64,000 bases of DNA, taken from Planctomycetota bacterium (GTDB taxonomy: Bacteria > Planctomycetota > UBA1135 > UBA2386). Each line of letters opens with the position of its first letter. Position 1 is the first letter of the stretch. The translations under genes and the position numbers were made by a program. The stretch is taken from positions 6,496,001 through 6,560,000 of the forward strand of contig OZ245838.1 in assembly GCA_965228735.1 (NCBI GenBank), in the 5' to 3' direction. Below the pieces are notes generated by a model that saw only the letters and a program-made list of their open reading frames with translations, made no database searches and was not told the origin of the DNA. Below, piece by piece: positions 8,146 to 19,608 of this stretch.

Positions 8146-10758
8146 ATGAGGATCGTCGCTCCGTTCGTCATGAGTGTCGCGCTGTGCGCGCAGGACGCGC
8201 CGCGCCCCGGCGTCGGGCTGCCGAATCGCTGGTACACCGAGGGCGGCAGCCCGAGTCGCTCCGGGGCGGTTGCCACAGTGCCGCTCGAGCTCGAGCCGGA
8301 GCGGGCATGGCAGTTCGATGCCGCTGGTCCGATCGTCGGCGAGCCGCGCGTGTGGGACGACTACGTCGTCATCGAGTGCAAGCTGGGGCAACGCAAGCGG
8401 CGGCTGCAGGCCGTCGATCTGGGCACCGGTACGGCCATCGCGCACAAGGACTTCTTCGCGCGTTCGGGGTTGCCGCCGCTCGCGCCGACGTTGTGGAACC
8501 GCCAGGTCATCGTCCGGGCCGGCGGCAAACTCAAGCGGCTGCGCGTCGACAGCGCGGCCATCACGGAGCAACGCGATTCCGAGGCGATCACCGGGCTCGG
8601 GCCGCCGCTGCGCGTCGGCAACGAGGTCTACGCGACGGCGGGCGGGCGCGTAATCCGTTTCGACGCCGTTCGCCTGCAGTCCGTCTGGCAGAGTGCGGGC
8701 GGTGGCTTCGCCGGGCCGGTGACGCTGTCGGAGGACCAGGTCTTCGCGATGGGCTTCGGCCAGTCGACGGCCTCGATCGTCGGGTTCGATCGCGAGCGGG
8801 GACAGCGACGGCAGAGCGTGAAGCTGCCCGTGCCGAACGTCGGCCGCGGCGGCCGGATCGTCGTCACCGACGACTTGCTGATCGCGCATGGGCTCGGCGC
8901 GATCCTGTTGCAGGGCGGTGACGCGGTCGATGCGTTGAGCTACCGGTTGCCGCTCAGCGGTGGCAAAGAACCCTCGGCGCTGTCGCACATCCCGAACGCG
9001 CCCGCGGTCGCCGACGGTCACTGGGTCGGCGGGTGCGGTTCGGTGAAGAAGCCGTACCTCGGGCGCGGGGTGGCCGGCGAGCAGCAGTTCAGCGTCCTCG
9101 CGACGCCCGACGCGCATCCCGAACTGCTCGGGGCACCCGTGACGATCGCGGGTTCGCTGGCCTACCTCGGGGGCGTTGCTGTCGACCTCGAGACGCTCGA
9201 AGTGCGGTGGCGGATCGACGTGCCGAAGGGGGCGCGCGCGATTCCGGCGCGCGACTCGCTGCTGTTCGTGACCGAAAGTCGCGTGCGCGCGTTCCGGCGC
9301 CAGGGCGCGGTCCTCGACGTCGACGTGCGCGCACGCGAACGGACGTGGGCCGGCGCGTTCGTGGCCGCGCAGCACGAAGCCCTGCAGGACATCGTCGCCG
9401 ATGCGATGATCGCGCGCGCGATCGATCTGCTGCCCGACCTGTTCGAGCGGTGTCGGGCGGCGGGCGTCGAGGAGAAGTGGGTGGCGCAGCGCGAGCGCAA
9501 GACCAAGGGGCTCGCGCGCGGGCGGCGGGGGGCGACCGAGAAGGAGGTCGCGGCGCTGACCGAGCGGCGGGATGGGGTGGCGACGGCCGCGGTCGCGAAG
9601 CTGTGGCGCAAGCTCGGCGTCGCGGACCTGGAGGGTGAGGAGCGCCTGCGCGCGCTGCGGTTCATTTGTGACATCGACAGCAGTTACCCGCCGTTCGCCA
9701 CGGCCGTTCGTGAGCTGCTGCCGAAGGAGCTGCGGCCTGCGGACGAGACCAGGGACTTCGACGCGGCCGAGTGGCTCGCGTTCCTCGAGAGCACGCGCTG
9801 GATCGACATCGACTTCCTCGCGGTGCCGACCAAGGAGCAGATCGGGACCGCGACGCCGGATCAGCGCAAGCTGCTCGAGCTGCGGGACCGCTGGCGCCAG
9901 GACCTCATCGGCGTGCAGAGCGGGCGGCTCCTCGTCTACACGCCGATCGCCGCACCCGGCAGTCTCGCGCGCTGCCTGTCGCTCGGCGAGCTCGTCTGCG
10001 ACACCCTCGAAGGCATGTTCGAGGATCGTCAGGTCGTGCGGGCCGACGCGCGGCGCATGCGCATCTTGCTCTTCCCGACGCAGGAGGAATACCAGGAACA
10101 GTCGCCGGGCGGCGGGCACCTGGCGTGGACCGCGGGGCACTACTCGCCCGAGGAGCAGCTGTCGCGGATGTACCTGCCCGACGATCGGCAGGCATTCGCG
10201 CGCGTGATGCCGGTGTTCGTGCACGAGCTCACGCACCAGTGGCTGCAGGATCGTTGCCCCGCGATCTCGTCGATGCGGTCGATGCGGCGCGATCCGCGCG
10301 TGCCGGGCTACTGGCTCGTCGAAGGGTTCGCGTCGTTCGTCGAGGAGTTCGTGTTCGACCTCGATCGCAGAACGCACGCGACGGACAGTCCGCGCGACAC
10401 CAACCTCGACATCCTCGCGCACGCCAGTGACCGGATGCTCGTGCCGTGGCGGACGCTCGTGCGCGCGTCACAGGTCGACTTTCATCGCATCTCGCCGAAG
10501 CCGAGCTTCCGGGTCAAGCTCGGCCATCGCCTCGGCGTGCAGCGGTCGCTGAGTCCGCGCAACATGTTCTACGCGCAGGCCGGCGGCCTGTGTCACTGGC
10601 TGTGGCATGCGGAGAACGGCGCGCACCGCGATGCGCTCATCGATCTCGTCATCGCCTACTACCACAACGAGCGCGACGCGGTCGACGTGACGGAGCGCAT
10701 CGATCGCGACGCGAAGGTGATCGGGGCGGCGGTCGTCGAGCACAGCAAGTGGCGCTGA
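8146..10758 (+). CDS. Secreted protein: PQQ-like beta-propeller N-terminus plus C-terminal zincin-like domain
   Basis: Signal peptide; W-containing propeller-like repeats; HELTH followed by WLVEGFA (gluzincin pattern). Confidence 0.65.
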   Translation: MRIVAPFVMSVALCAQDAPRPGVGLPNRWYTEGGSPSRSGAVATVPLELEPERAWQFDAAGPIVGEPRVWDDYVVIECKLGQRKRRLQAVDLGTGTAIAHKDFFARSGLPPLAPTLWNRQVIVRAGGKLKRLRVDSAAITEQRDSEAITGLGPPLRVGNEVYATAGGRVIRFDAVRLQSVWQSAGGGFAGPVTLSEDQVFAMGFGQSTASIVGFDRERGQRRQSVKLPVPNVGRGGRIVVTDDLLIAHGLGAILLQGGDAVDALSYRLPLSGGKEPSALSHIPNAPAVADGHWVGGCGSVKKPYLGRGVAGEQQFSVLATPDAHPELLGAPVTIAGSLAYLGGVAVDLETLEVRWRIDVPKGARAIPARDSLLFVTESRVRAFRRQGAVLDVDVRARERTWAGAFVAAQHEALQDIVADAMIARAIDLLPDLFERCRAAGVEEKWVAQRERKTKGLARGRRGATEKEVAALTERRDGVATAAVAKLWRKLGVADLEGEERLRALRFICDIDSSYPPFATAVRELLPKELRPADETRDFDAAEWLAFLESTRWIDIDFLAVPTKEQIGTATPDQRKLLELRDRWRQDLIGVQSGRLLVYTPIAAPGSLARCLSLGELVCDTLEGMFEDRQVVRADARRMRILLFPTQEEYQEQSPGGGHLAWTAGHYSPEEQLSRMYLPDDRQAFARVMPVFVHELTHQWLQDRCPAISSMRSMRRDPRVPGYWLVEGFASFVEEFVFDLDRRTHATDSPRDTNLDILAHASDRMLVPWRTLVRASQVDFHRISPKPSFRVKLGHRLGVQRSLSPRNMFYAQAGGLCHWLWHAENGAHRDALIDLVIAYYHNERDAVDVTERIDRDAKVIGAAVVEHSKWR

Positions 10759-10785
10759 CGGCCGGGTCCGTTCGTGCGGCGGAGA

Positions 10786-10998
10786 TCAGCCGCCGAGCAT
10801 GCGGCGCGCGCGCAGACCGGTGAAGAGCAGCACCGCGCCGATCAGCAGGAACACGCTGGCAACCATCCAGCGCAGCAGTTCTTCGTTGAAGATGATCAGC
10901 AGGCCGAGCCCGATCGCGCCGCCGCCGAGCATCATGAGCAGGAACGGCAGGTTGGGCGGAACGGCCGGCATGCCGCCGCGATTGAGATTGATGTCCAT
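10786..10998 (-). CDS. Small two-TM membrane protein
   Basis: 70 aa MDINLNRGG...; two hydrophobic helices; start placed so the gene does not run through the palindrome. Confidence 0.6.
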   Translation of the reverse strand: MDINLNRGGMPAVPPNLPFLLMMLGGGAIGLGLLIIFNEELLRWMVASVFLLIGAVLLFTGLRARRMLGG

Positions 10999-11048
10999 GT
11001 CCAGAGCGGAGCATCGCGGCCCGCGCGAGCCGGATCCAGTCCGATCAC

Positions 11049-11145
11049 GCCCGTACGGAACCTGGTTCAAACCGGCAAAGCCGGGTGCCGCCGGCGAAGC
11101 CGGCGGCACCCGGCTTTGCCGGTTTGAACCAGGTTCCGTACGGGC
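11049..11145. repeat. Fold-back element A: perfect 47-bp inverted repeat with GAA loop
   Basis: 11049-11095 is the exact reverse complement of 11099-11145. Confidence 0.97.
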
Positions 11146-11158
11146 TAAGACTGGCTGG

Positions 11159-12133
11159 ATGAGTTCCGCTGCTGCGCCGTCGGTCCGGGCCCCGAACGCT
11201 CTCGCTCTGCCGTTGGCGCTGGCGTTGACCGTGACCTTCACGGGCTGCGCGAGCACCGAGTCCAACATCATGGAGCTCGGGCGGCTCGACGAGGCGACGT
11301 TTCAGAAGCTCGTCGAGGCCAACAAGTTGTTCCAGCAGCAGGATCCGAGGTATCCGGCGCTGCGCGACGAGCTGCTCGAGGATCCGGTGTCGGCCGGTTG
11401 GCTGACGCGCAACTTCGTGCACTACGTGTTCTACGAGCGCGAGATCCTCGGGCTGCACGACGACGCTGACCTGCTGCGCGCGGCGGCCAGGATCGACGAT
11501 CCGTTCGAGCGCTTCGCGATCGAGGAGATCCGCGTCATCGGTGGCCAGGCCGTGCCCGTGCTCGTGCAGGATCTGCTGCTGCACAAGCAGGCGCAGGTTC
11601 GGCAGGTCGGCATCGAGCTGCTCACGGTGGTGGGCGAGCCCGCGTTGCCGCGACTGCTCGAGGTCGCCGGGTCGTCCGAGCCGCGGCATCGGCGCACGGC
11701 CGCGCTCGCGCTGTCGGGCTTCGTGGAGCATCCGCCGGCGGTCGAGGCCCTGACGCGACTCGTCCACGACAGGGACTTCGCGGTGCGCGCCGACGCCGTG
11801 CGCGCGCTGCGCAACGCTGGGCCGAACGTCACGCCGCTGCTGCACGACGTGCTGCAGAACGATGATGATCACTTCGTCCGGCGGGTGGCGGTGGAGTCCC
11901 TCGCCGGTCATCCCAGCGGCAAGACCGCGCGGCTGCTGGCGGCGTATCTGGCGAAGTGCAAGGCCGGCGATGACTCCCGCGGGTATCAGGCGGCGCAGGA
12001 AACGCTCCAGGAACTCGCGGGCGCGCGCGGGCCGCGCACCGTCGAGGCGTGGCAACGCTGGGCCGAACGCCAGCCGCTCGATTCGTCGGCCGCCAACTCG
12101 ACGGACAACGGCGCTCGACCGCGGGGCTCGTAG
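11159..12133 (+). CDS. HEAT-repeat lipoprotein
   Basis: Lipobox FTGC; repeated D....VR..A...L HEAT motifs. Confidence 0.8.
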   Translation: MSSAAAPSVRAPNALALPLALALTVTFTGCASTESNIMELGRLDEATFQKLVEANKLFQQQDPRYPALRDELLEDPVSAGWLTRNFVHYVFYEREILGLHDDADLLRAAARIDDPFERFAIEEIRVIGGQAVPVLVQDLLLHKQAQVRQVGIELLTVVGEPALPRLLEVAGSSEPRHRRTAALALSGFVEHPPAVEALTRLVHDRDFAVRADAVRALRNAGPNVTPLLHDVLQNDDDHFVRRVAVESLAGHPSGKTARLLAAYLAKCKAGDDSRGYQAAQETLQELAGARGPRTVEAWQRWAERQPLDSSAANSTDNGARPRGS

Positions 12134-12168
12134 CGGCCACGATACCCGCGCTCACCACGACCCACATC

Positions 12169-12768
12169 ATGGCCGAAGACTGGAAGATCCGCGTCGACCG
12201 CACCCGCTGCGACAAGCCGGGGTGCCCGTTGCCGACGAGCAGCTCGTACATGGCGGTGCTCGAATTCCCCGAGTGCGTGCGGCGCGACCTGTGCGACGCC
12301 TGCTTCACGGACTACGAGCGCAAGGCCGAGGACGGCAAGGCGCCGGTCTACTGGCGGGCCCGCCGCAAGCAGTCCGGCAGCAAGGAGCCGGTGCTCGACC
12401 TCGTGTCGCTGCGCGCGCTGTTCGATCGCCTGGCCGAGGTCGAGGACGACAAGGCGCGCGCGCTGCGCTACTTCTGCGCCCTGCTCCTGATCAGGAAGCG
12501 TGTGCTCCGCATGGAGCGTCCGCGCACGACCGAGCAGGAACGCGCCGATCTCGTCGTCGTCGACCCCAAGATCAAGAAGGAGGAGCGCGAGCCCATGTTG
12601 CTCTTCGCGCCCGAGATCGATCCCGACGACCTCGATGGCCTCAAGGACGAGCTGCTCGCCGCGATCGGCGAGGGCGATGAGGGCGCGGAGGGTGACGCAG
12701 CGGTCGCCGACGGCGAGCCTGCCAATGCCGAAACGCGCGTGCCTGCGCCCGACGCGTCGGCCGATTGA
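12169..12768 (+). CDS. Hypothetical protein with N-terminal Cys cluster (putative Zn finger)
   Basis: CDKPGC...RRDLCDAC; LLLIRKRVL; strong GC3 codon bias. Confidence 0.75.
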   Translation: MAEDWKIRVDRTRCDKPGCPLPTSSSYMAVLEFPECVRRDLCDACFTDYERKAEDGKAPVYWRARRKQSGSKEPVLDLVSLRALFDRLAEVEDDKARALRYFCALLLIRKRVLRMERPRTTEQERADLVVVDPKIKKEEREPMLLFAPEIDPDDLDGLKDELLAAIGEGDEGAEGDAAVADGEPANAETRVPAPDASAD

Positions 12769-12777
12769 CGGCGCGCC

Positions 12778-13350
12778 TCAGCCGGCGCTCGGATCGGGGC
12801 GGGCCACGTCGTACCGCAGGCGGATGATGCCGCAGCCGTAGGTGTGCGTGTCCGTCAGGCGGAGCGCCGTCTGTGGACCGGTCGGACCGATCATTGGGAT
12901 GCCGGAGCCGAAGACGACCGGGTTGAGCTTGACGACGACCTGGTCGACCAGGGCGTCGTGCATCAGGATCGCGGCGATCTCCGCGCCCCCGCACAGCCAG
13001 ACCGGCTTGCTCGCGGTCGCCTTCAGCTCTCGAACGAACGCGGCCGGGTCCTGCCGCACGATCTCGACCGCCGGATCGGGACTCTCCGCCATCGAGCGTG
13101 AGAAGACGACCTGGCGCATCGCGGGGTATGGGCTGGTCTTGCCCTCCGCGAGGCCGACGTCGTAGGTCTTGCGGCCCATGAGGACGGTGCCGAACCGTTC
13201 GAGTTCGGCGAAGAAGTCGGCGACGACTTCATCGTCCCAGGCGAACCCCCCGAACGAGCCGTCCGGGTGGGCGATGAAACCATCGAGGGTGGCCGCAACG
13301 TGGTAGACCAGCGGTTGCGTCGAATCGCCGGTCGCGGCGTCCGCGCTCAT
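12778..13350 (-). CDS. Dihydrofolate reductase-like / RibD C-terminal family protein
   Basis: ATLDGFIA, LMGRKTY, VWLCGGA, PVVFGSG motifs. Confidence 0.88.
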   Translation of the reverse strand: MSADAATGDSTQPLVYHVAATLDGFIAHPDGSFGGFAWDDEVVADFFAELERFGTVLMGRKTYDVGLAEGKTSPYPAMRQVVFSRSMAESPDPAVEIVRQDPAAFVRELKATASKPVWLCGGAEIAAILMHDALVDQVVVKLNPVVFGSGIPMIGPTGPQTALRLTDTHTYGCGIIRLRYDVARPDPSAG

Positions 13351-13952
13351 CGCCAGGTGACGTCCCAGACGAGTTCTTCGCCTTCCTTGATCGCTTCGCG
13401 TGCGGGGACGAGCAGGTAGGCGCGCTTGCGCTCGCGGTCGGCCTCGATGCCGCGGCCCGGTGGGTGGACGCTCGAGGCGACGACCTCGCCCGGCAGCTCG
13501 AGCTCGAGCCGGATCGTGTCGCCGACCTCGCGCGTGCGTCCGGTCGGATCGTAAACGGGAGCGAGTGAGCGGCGCTGCGGGGCGTCCGGGACGAGCGCCT
13601 GGACCCATTGCTGGGCGGCGCCGCGCGGCACGTAGACCCGCACGCTCGGCTGCTCGCCGTCGAGGGTCGCGGCGAACCTGAGGCCGGTCGGCCCGCCGAT
13701 CTTGACGTCCGACAGCCGGGCGAACCGACCCTGCGACGCGACGACGGCCGCGCGCGCCTGCCAGTCGACGGTGCCCCCGGCCGCGGCCTCGACCCGGGCC
13801 GGATCCGGCACGGTCAGCGCGCGGGTCGTGATCGTGCCCGCGCCGTCCTCGGCGAGCGTGACGTGCACGCCGACGAGCTGGTCGCCGGAGCAGGCCGTGA
13901 GCGCGGCCAGGGACAGGAGCAGAGCGGTCGGGCGCAGGAAGGTCATGGCCAT
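13347..13952 (-). CDS. Hypothetical lipoprotein
   Basis: Lipobox LTAC; ATGA overlap with downstream gene. Confidence 0.7.
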   Translation of the reverse strand: MAMTFLRPTALLLSLAALTACSGDQLVGVHVTLAEDGAGTITTRALTVPDPARVEAAAGGTVDWQARAAVVASQGRFARLSDVKIGGPTGLRFAATLDGEQPSVRVYVPRGAAQQWVQALVPDAPQRRSLAPVYDPTGRTREVGDTIRLELELPGEVVASSVHPPGRGIEADRERKRAYLLVPAREAIKEGEELVWDVTWR

Positions 13953-14103
13953 GATTTGCGATTGCGGGTCCTAACCGATGGGCGGCTGGCCGAAAACGGC
14001 GAGCTGCGCGAAAAAAACCGGGTCTCGAGCCGGCACAGGTGCTTGTGGGGTGCGATCACACCGGACCCCACCCTTGGCCCTGATGTGCAAAACTCACGGG
14101 TCC

Positions 14104-14168
14104 GTGGGGGTCGGGGGTGGTGTTGAGTGGTTTGCTAGGGTTGACAGGGGTTCTGCGTGGGGTAGGCT
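14104..14168 (+). promoter_or_regulatory. dcw promoter (TTGACA 14141-46 / TAGGCT 14163-68) overlapping 10-bp-periodic GTGG-like MraZ boxes
   Basis: GTGG at 14117, 14127, 14157 with degenerate copies at 14107, 14137, 14147; directly upstream of mraZ. Confidence 0.65.
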
Positions 14169-14205
14169 CCGAAGCGTGACAGGGAGGCAGTCCCTCCTCG
14201 GCCCC

Positions 14206-14679
14206 ATGGCGACCTTCTTTGGTAGTTCGGAGCACAACCTCGACGACAAGGGCAGACTCGTGCTGCCTGCGCGGATCCTGGATGCGCTCCCCAAGAACGA
14301 CTGGAAGTTCCACCTGACGGCCGGGCTGGACCGCTGCCTCCTCCTGCACGACTCCAAGGGTTTCGAGGAACTCGTCGATCGGATCGGCCGGGCAGTCCCT
14401 GGCAGCCGGGCCCACCGGGCGCTCTGTCGACGGTTCCTCGGGCACTCGGAGGAGGTCAAGCCGGACGGCAATCGAAGGATACGGATCCCCGAGCCGCTGT
14501 TGCGATACGCCGGCCTAGCCGCCAGCAGTCCTGCCACGTTGATCGGCACCGGTCGGGTCTTCGAGATCTGGTCGCCGGCCAACCTCGGCGAGACCCTGGA
14601 CCAGGCGACGGCCGACGAGGAAGCGCTCTTTGCCAGTTTGATCGAGCCAAGCAACGCCGCTGCCCCGAGCGAGGAATGA
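14206..14679 (+). CDS. mraZ: MraZ transcriptional regulator
   Basis: HNLDDKGRLVLP and DGNRRIRIP AbrB-like motifs; FEIW. Confidence 0.92.
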   Translation: MATFFGSSEHNLDDKGRLVLPARILDALPKNDWKFHLTAGLDRCLLLHDSKGFEELVDRIGRAVPGSRAHRALCRRFLGHSEEVKPDGNRRIRIPEPLLRYAGLAASSPATLIGTGRVFEIWSPANLGETLDQATADEEALFASLIEPSNAAAPSEE

Positions 14680-14774
14680 TCGCTCGGGCACGTCGTGCCG
14701 GATCCCACGCGGCAGTGGTCCTGCCGTGCGGGAGCGTTCTGCGACTGCCGCCGGGTGGTCATGGGATGTAGCGT

Positions 14775-15737
14775 ATGAACGATTCGGGCACGACGGAGGG
14801 CGCGGGCGGGCACGGGGATAGGCGCCCCGTGCACGTGCCCGTGCTGCTGCGGGAGACCCTGGCGATCCTCGAGCTCTGGGAGGGGCTCGTGGTCGTCGAT
14901 GGTACGGTCGGTGCCGGCGGACATGCGAGGGCAATCCTGTCCGCAATCGGTACGACCGGGAAGTTGATCGGGCTCGATCGGGACAGCGAGATCCTGGTCT
15001 CCGCAAGGGCCGCACTCGGAGGGAGTGCGGCCCTCGCGGAAGCCGGGGTCTCGCTGCACCACCTTTCGTATTCGCGCATGCGCGAGGCGCTGCAGGACTC
15101 CGGTCAGACCTGCTGCGATCGCGTGCTGCTCGATCTCGGTGTCAGCTCCATGCAACTCGACCGGCCAGAACGCGGGTTCTCGTTCACCTCCGATGGACCT
15201 CTCGACATGCGCATGGATTCCGGTTCAGGCAGGACCGCGGCGGACTGGCTCGCGCGCGTCCCGGAGACGGAGCTCGCCGACGTGATCTACCGCTACGGTG
15301 AAGAACGTCACAGCCGCCGCATCGCGCGCCGCATCGTCGAGCAGCGCCGGCGGTCGCCGATCACGCGCACGCAGCAGCTCGCGGACATCGTGTGTTCCGC
15401 GCTGCCCGGTGCCGCGAAGGGCCGCCGGATCCATCCGGCGACGCGCACGTTCCAGGCGATCCGGATCGCGGTCAACGACGAGCTCGCCGAGGTCGAACGC
15501 GGCCTCGCCGCCGCCGTGGATTGCCTGCGACCCGGTGGTCGGCTCGCGGTCATCTCGTTCCACTCGCTCGAGGACCGCATCGCCAAGCACTTCCTCCGTG
15601 AGCACTGCGACGTCGTGACCAAGAAGCCGATCGTCGCGGGGCCCGCCGAGGTCCAGGACAACCCGCGTTCCCGCTCCGCCAAGCTGCGTTGCGGGGTCAA
15701 GCCGGTCGCGGCGGGCGACCCGGGAGGTCGATCGTGA
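14775..15737 (+). CDS. rsmH: 16S rRNA m4C1402 methyltransferase
   Basis: HVPVLL, DGTVGAGGH, DLGVSSMQLD, FQAIRIAVN, SFHSLEDR, NPRSRSAKLR. Confidence 0.97.
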   Translation: MNDSGTTEGAGGHGDRRPVHVPVLLRETLAILELWEGLVVVDGTVGAGGHARAILSAIGTTGKLIGLDRDSEILVSARAALGGSAALAEAGVSLHHLSYSRMREALQDSGQTCCDRVLLDLGVSSMQLDRPERGFSFTSDGPLDMRMDSGSGRTAADWLARVPETELADVIYRYGEERHSRRIARRIVEQRRRSPITRTQQLADIVCSALPGAAKGRRIHPATRTFQAIRIAVNDELAEVERGLAAAVDCLRPGGRLAVISFHSLEDRIAKHFLREHCDVVTKKPIVAGPAEVQDNPRSRSAKLRCGVKPVAAGDPGGRS

Positions 15738-15988
15738 AGTGGTTCCTCGCGGGTCTGATGTTCGCCGCGTTCGTCGCGATCGCGCTGTTCACCGCGACGG
15801 TGCGCGCCAACAACGCGCTGCGCCGTCACGAACTCGAACTCGAGTACCGGAGCGTGCGCGATCGCGAGATCGAGCTCGAGCGGCTCGAGGCCCAGCTGCT
15901 CGATAGCGCGACGGCCGAACGGCTCGCGCGCGCCCACGAACACTGGCTAATGGCCGAGTACGAACGCCGCCAGCGCGGCTGGCAGTAG
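15734..15988 (+). CDS. FtsL-like small TM/coiled-coil protein
   Basis: TM followed by heptad region; position between rsmH and PBP; GTGA overlap. Confidence 0.6.
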   Translation: MKWFLAGLMFAAFVAIALFTATVRANNALRRHELELEYRSVRDREIELERLEAQLLDSATAERLARAHEHWLMAEYERRQRGWQ

Positions 15989-15995
15989 GAGCGCC

Positions 15996-18008
15996 ATGAT
16001 TCGACCCGGCGAACGTCTCCGTCTCGGCTTCGTGTTCGGCCTGCTGGCCTGCGTGCCGGTGTTCCTCGCGGGCTGGCTCGGCTACGTGCAGGTCGCGCAG
16101 GCGGGGTCGTTGGAGCGCGACGGTCGCGCGCCGCTGCGGCTCGATGCGGACGCTTCTTCGAGTCAGTGGGCCAGGGTCGAACGCACGCCCGCGGCGCGGG
16201 GTTCGATCGTCGACCGCAACGGCGAGCGCCTCGCGTACGACCGGTCGGTCTACGAGGTCCGCGCCCGGATCAGCGTCTCGTCGTGGCGCCACAAGAACGC
16301 CGCGAAGTTCCGGGAGTGGCTCGAGGGTCTGGCCCGTGACTTCGCGCGCGCGCTCGCGAGCGATCCCGAGCTCGCCGATCGGCGCGCCGCGCGTCGACAC
16401 CACGAAGAGCGCGTGCTCGGGCTGTTCGCGCGCAAGTTCGCGTTCGATCGGCTGCCGGCCGGCAACCGGCCGCTCGCGGAGGGGCATCCCACGGTCGCCG
16501 ACCTGCGGATCGCGGGCGACATCGACGTGCTCGCCGTGATCGACGCGCTGCGCGGGATCGCCGACCGCAACGACCTCCGTGGCTTCGTCCGGGTCGACTT
16601 CCTGCCCGCGTTCCGGCGGGTCTACCCGGACCGAGAACTCACGTACGGACTCGTTGGCCACACGGTCACCGAGTGGGCGAAGAAGAAGGGCGCCGGCCGT
16701 GAACTCGTCACCTACGGCACCGTCGGCCTCGAAGCCGCGAACGTCCTCGGCACGGGCGCGGGCACCCGGCGGGCGCTGCGGCGCGACGGCCGTGGCCGCG
16801 GCTACTTCCTCGGGCTGCCTGCGGACGATGTGCGGCGCCCCGTCGTGCACTCGTCGATCGATCTCGAGCTGCAGCGCATCGCGGTGCGCGAACTCTCGGC
16901 GCAGGCCGAGGCCGGCGCCACGGTCGGCAAGATCACGATCCCGAAGTGGGGCGCGCTCGTGCTCGTCGACCTCGAGTCGGCCGACGTCGTCGCCGCGGCC
17001 TCGTGGCATCGCGACGTGAAGAACCTGAAGAACGCGTCGTTCACGCCGTACCAGAGCCTGTTCGAGCCCGGTTCGATCGTCAAGCCGCTCGTCCTGAGCT
17101 ACGCCTACGAGGCGGGCACGTTCGATTGGGGCTACGAGTACGACTGCCGCGCCCACGGGCGCGACTACCGCGAGCAGATCCGCGGTCTCGGGCGGCGCAA
17201 GCCGGTGCGCGACGATCACGACTGCGAGGACCTCGATGCCCACGGCATCCTGGTCAACAGCTCCAACATCGGCGCGTCGCTGATCGGCCTGACGCTGTCG
17301 CGCGAACAGTGGCGCGACTACATGCGCTTCTACGGCTTCGGCGAGTCCCTCGACCTGCCGCTGCCGCACGGGCGGGTCGGCGGCTGGCCGAAGCAGTCGT
17401 TCGACCCGAACACCCGGATGCGGTCGTTCCGTGCCAACAGCGCGATCTCGTTCAGCTTCGGCTACGAGTTCCAGGTGACCGCGCTGCACGTGGCCCGCGC
17501 CTATCTGCGGATGCTCTGCGGCCACGAGGCCGAGCTGCGGCTGTGCCGCGGTGTCGAGGTCGACGGCGTGTGGCACCCGGCGCCGCCGGCGAAGAACGGT
17601 GGAAAGTTCTCCCCGCGCGTCCTCGGCGCCGTGCGGGACGCGATGGTCGACGTGATGGGGCACGACTCGCACGCGACCGGCAGCAAGGTCCGGCGCCTCA
17701 TCGAGAAGGAGCAGGGCATCGACATTCACGGCCACGTCGCGGGCAAGACCGGTACTGCTGCGAGCATGATCGGTATTCCGGGGCGCGGTCGGGTCAACGT
17801 ACGCAACGCGAGCTTCGTCGGCTTCCTGCCGGCGCGGGCGCCGCGCTGGCTGTGCGTTTGTGTGTTGCAGAAGGACGATAGTGCGCGCTTCTACGGCGGC
17901 AGCTATGCTGCACCGCCAGCGGTGCGAGTGCTCTTGCAGGCCGAACGGCTTGCGGAGCAGCGCCGCCGCCGACAGAAGTCGCGTCCATCGAACGGTCAGG
18001 TTCGGTGA
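15996..18008 (+). CDS. ftsI: Class B penicillin-binding protein (FtsI-like)
   Basis: RGSIVDRNG, EPGSIVKP (SxxK), SSN (SxN), GKTGTA. Confidence 0.88.
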   Translation: MIRPGERLRLGFVFGLLACVPVFLAGWLGYVQVAQAGSLERDGRAPLRLDADASSSQWARVERTPAARGSIVDRNGERLAYDRSVYEVRARISVSSWRHKNAAKFREWLEGLARDFARALASDPELADRRAARRHHEERVLGLFARKFAFDRLPAGNRPLAEGHPTVADLRIAGDIDVLAVIDALRGIADRNDLRGFVRVDFLPAFRRVYPDRELTYGLVGHTVTEWAKKKGAGRELVTYGTVGLEAANVLGTGAGTRRALRRDGRGRGYFLGLPADDVRRPVVHSSIDLELQRIAVRELSAQAEAGATVGKITIPKWGALVLVDLESADVVAAASWHRDVKNLKNASFTPYQSLFEPGSIVKPLVLSYAYEAGTFDWGYEYDCRAHGRDYREQIRGLGRRKPVRDDHDCEDLDAHGILVNSSNIGASLIGLTLSREQWRDYMRFYGFGESLDLPLPHGRVGGWPKQSFDPNTRMRSFRANSAISFSFGYEFQVTALHVARAYLRMLCGHEAELRLCRGVEVDGVWHPAPPAKNGGKFSPRVLGAVRDAMVDVMGHDSHATGSKVRRLIEKEQGIDIHGHVAGKTGTAASMIGIPGRGRVNVRNASFVGFLPARAPRWLCVCVLQKDDSARFYGGSYAAPPAVRVLLQAERLAEQRRRRQKSRPSNGQVR

Positions 18009-18075
18009 TTCGTAGGCTCCTGAGCGGTCAGGCTGAGGCAGCAGTCTCAGAGACGATACTTCGGTAGGGCGGTTG

Positions 18076-19592
<1,517 letters not shown>

Positions 19593-19608
<16 letters not shown>

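Noticed and set aside
11049..11145. Integron attC sites for the hairpin family
   Set aside because: No RYYYAAC/GTTRRRY ends, no extrahelical bases, no cassette array or integrase.
10799..11271. ORF extensions containing PYGTWFKPAKPGAAG on both strands
   Set aside because: Artefact of reading through the perfect palindrome at 11049-11145.
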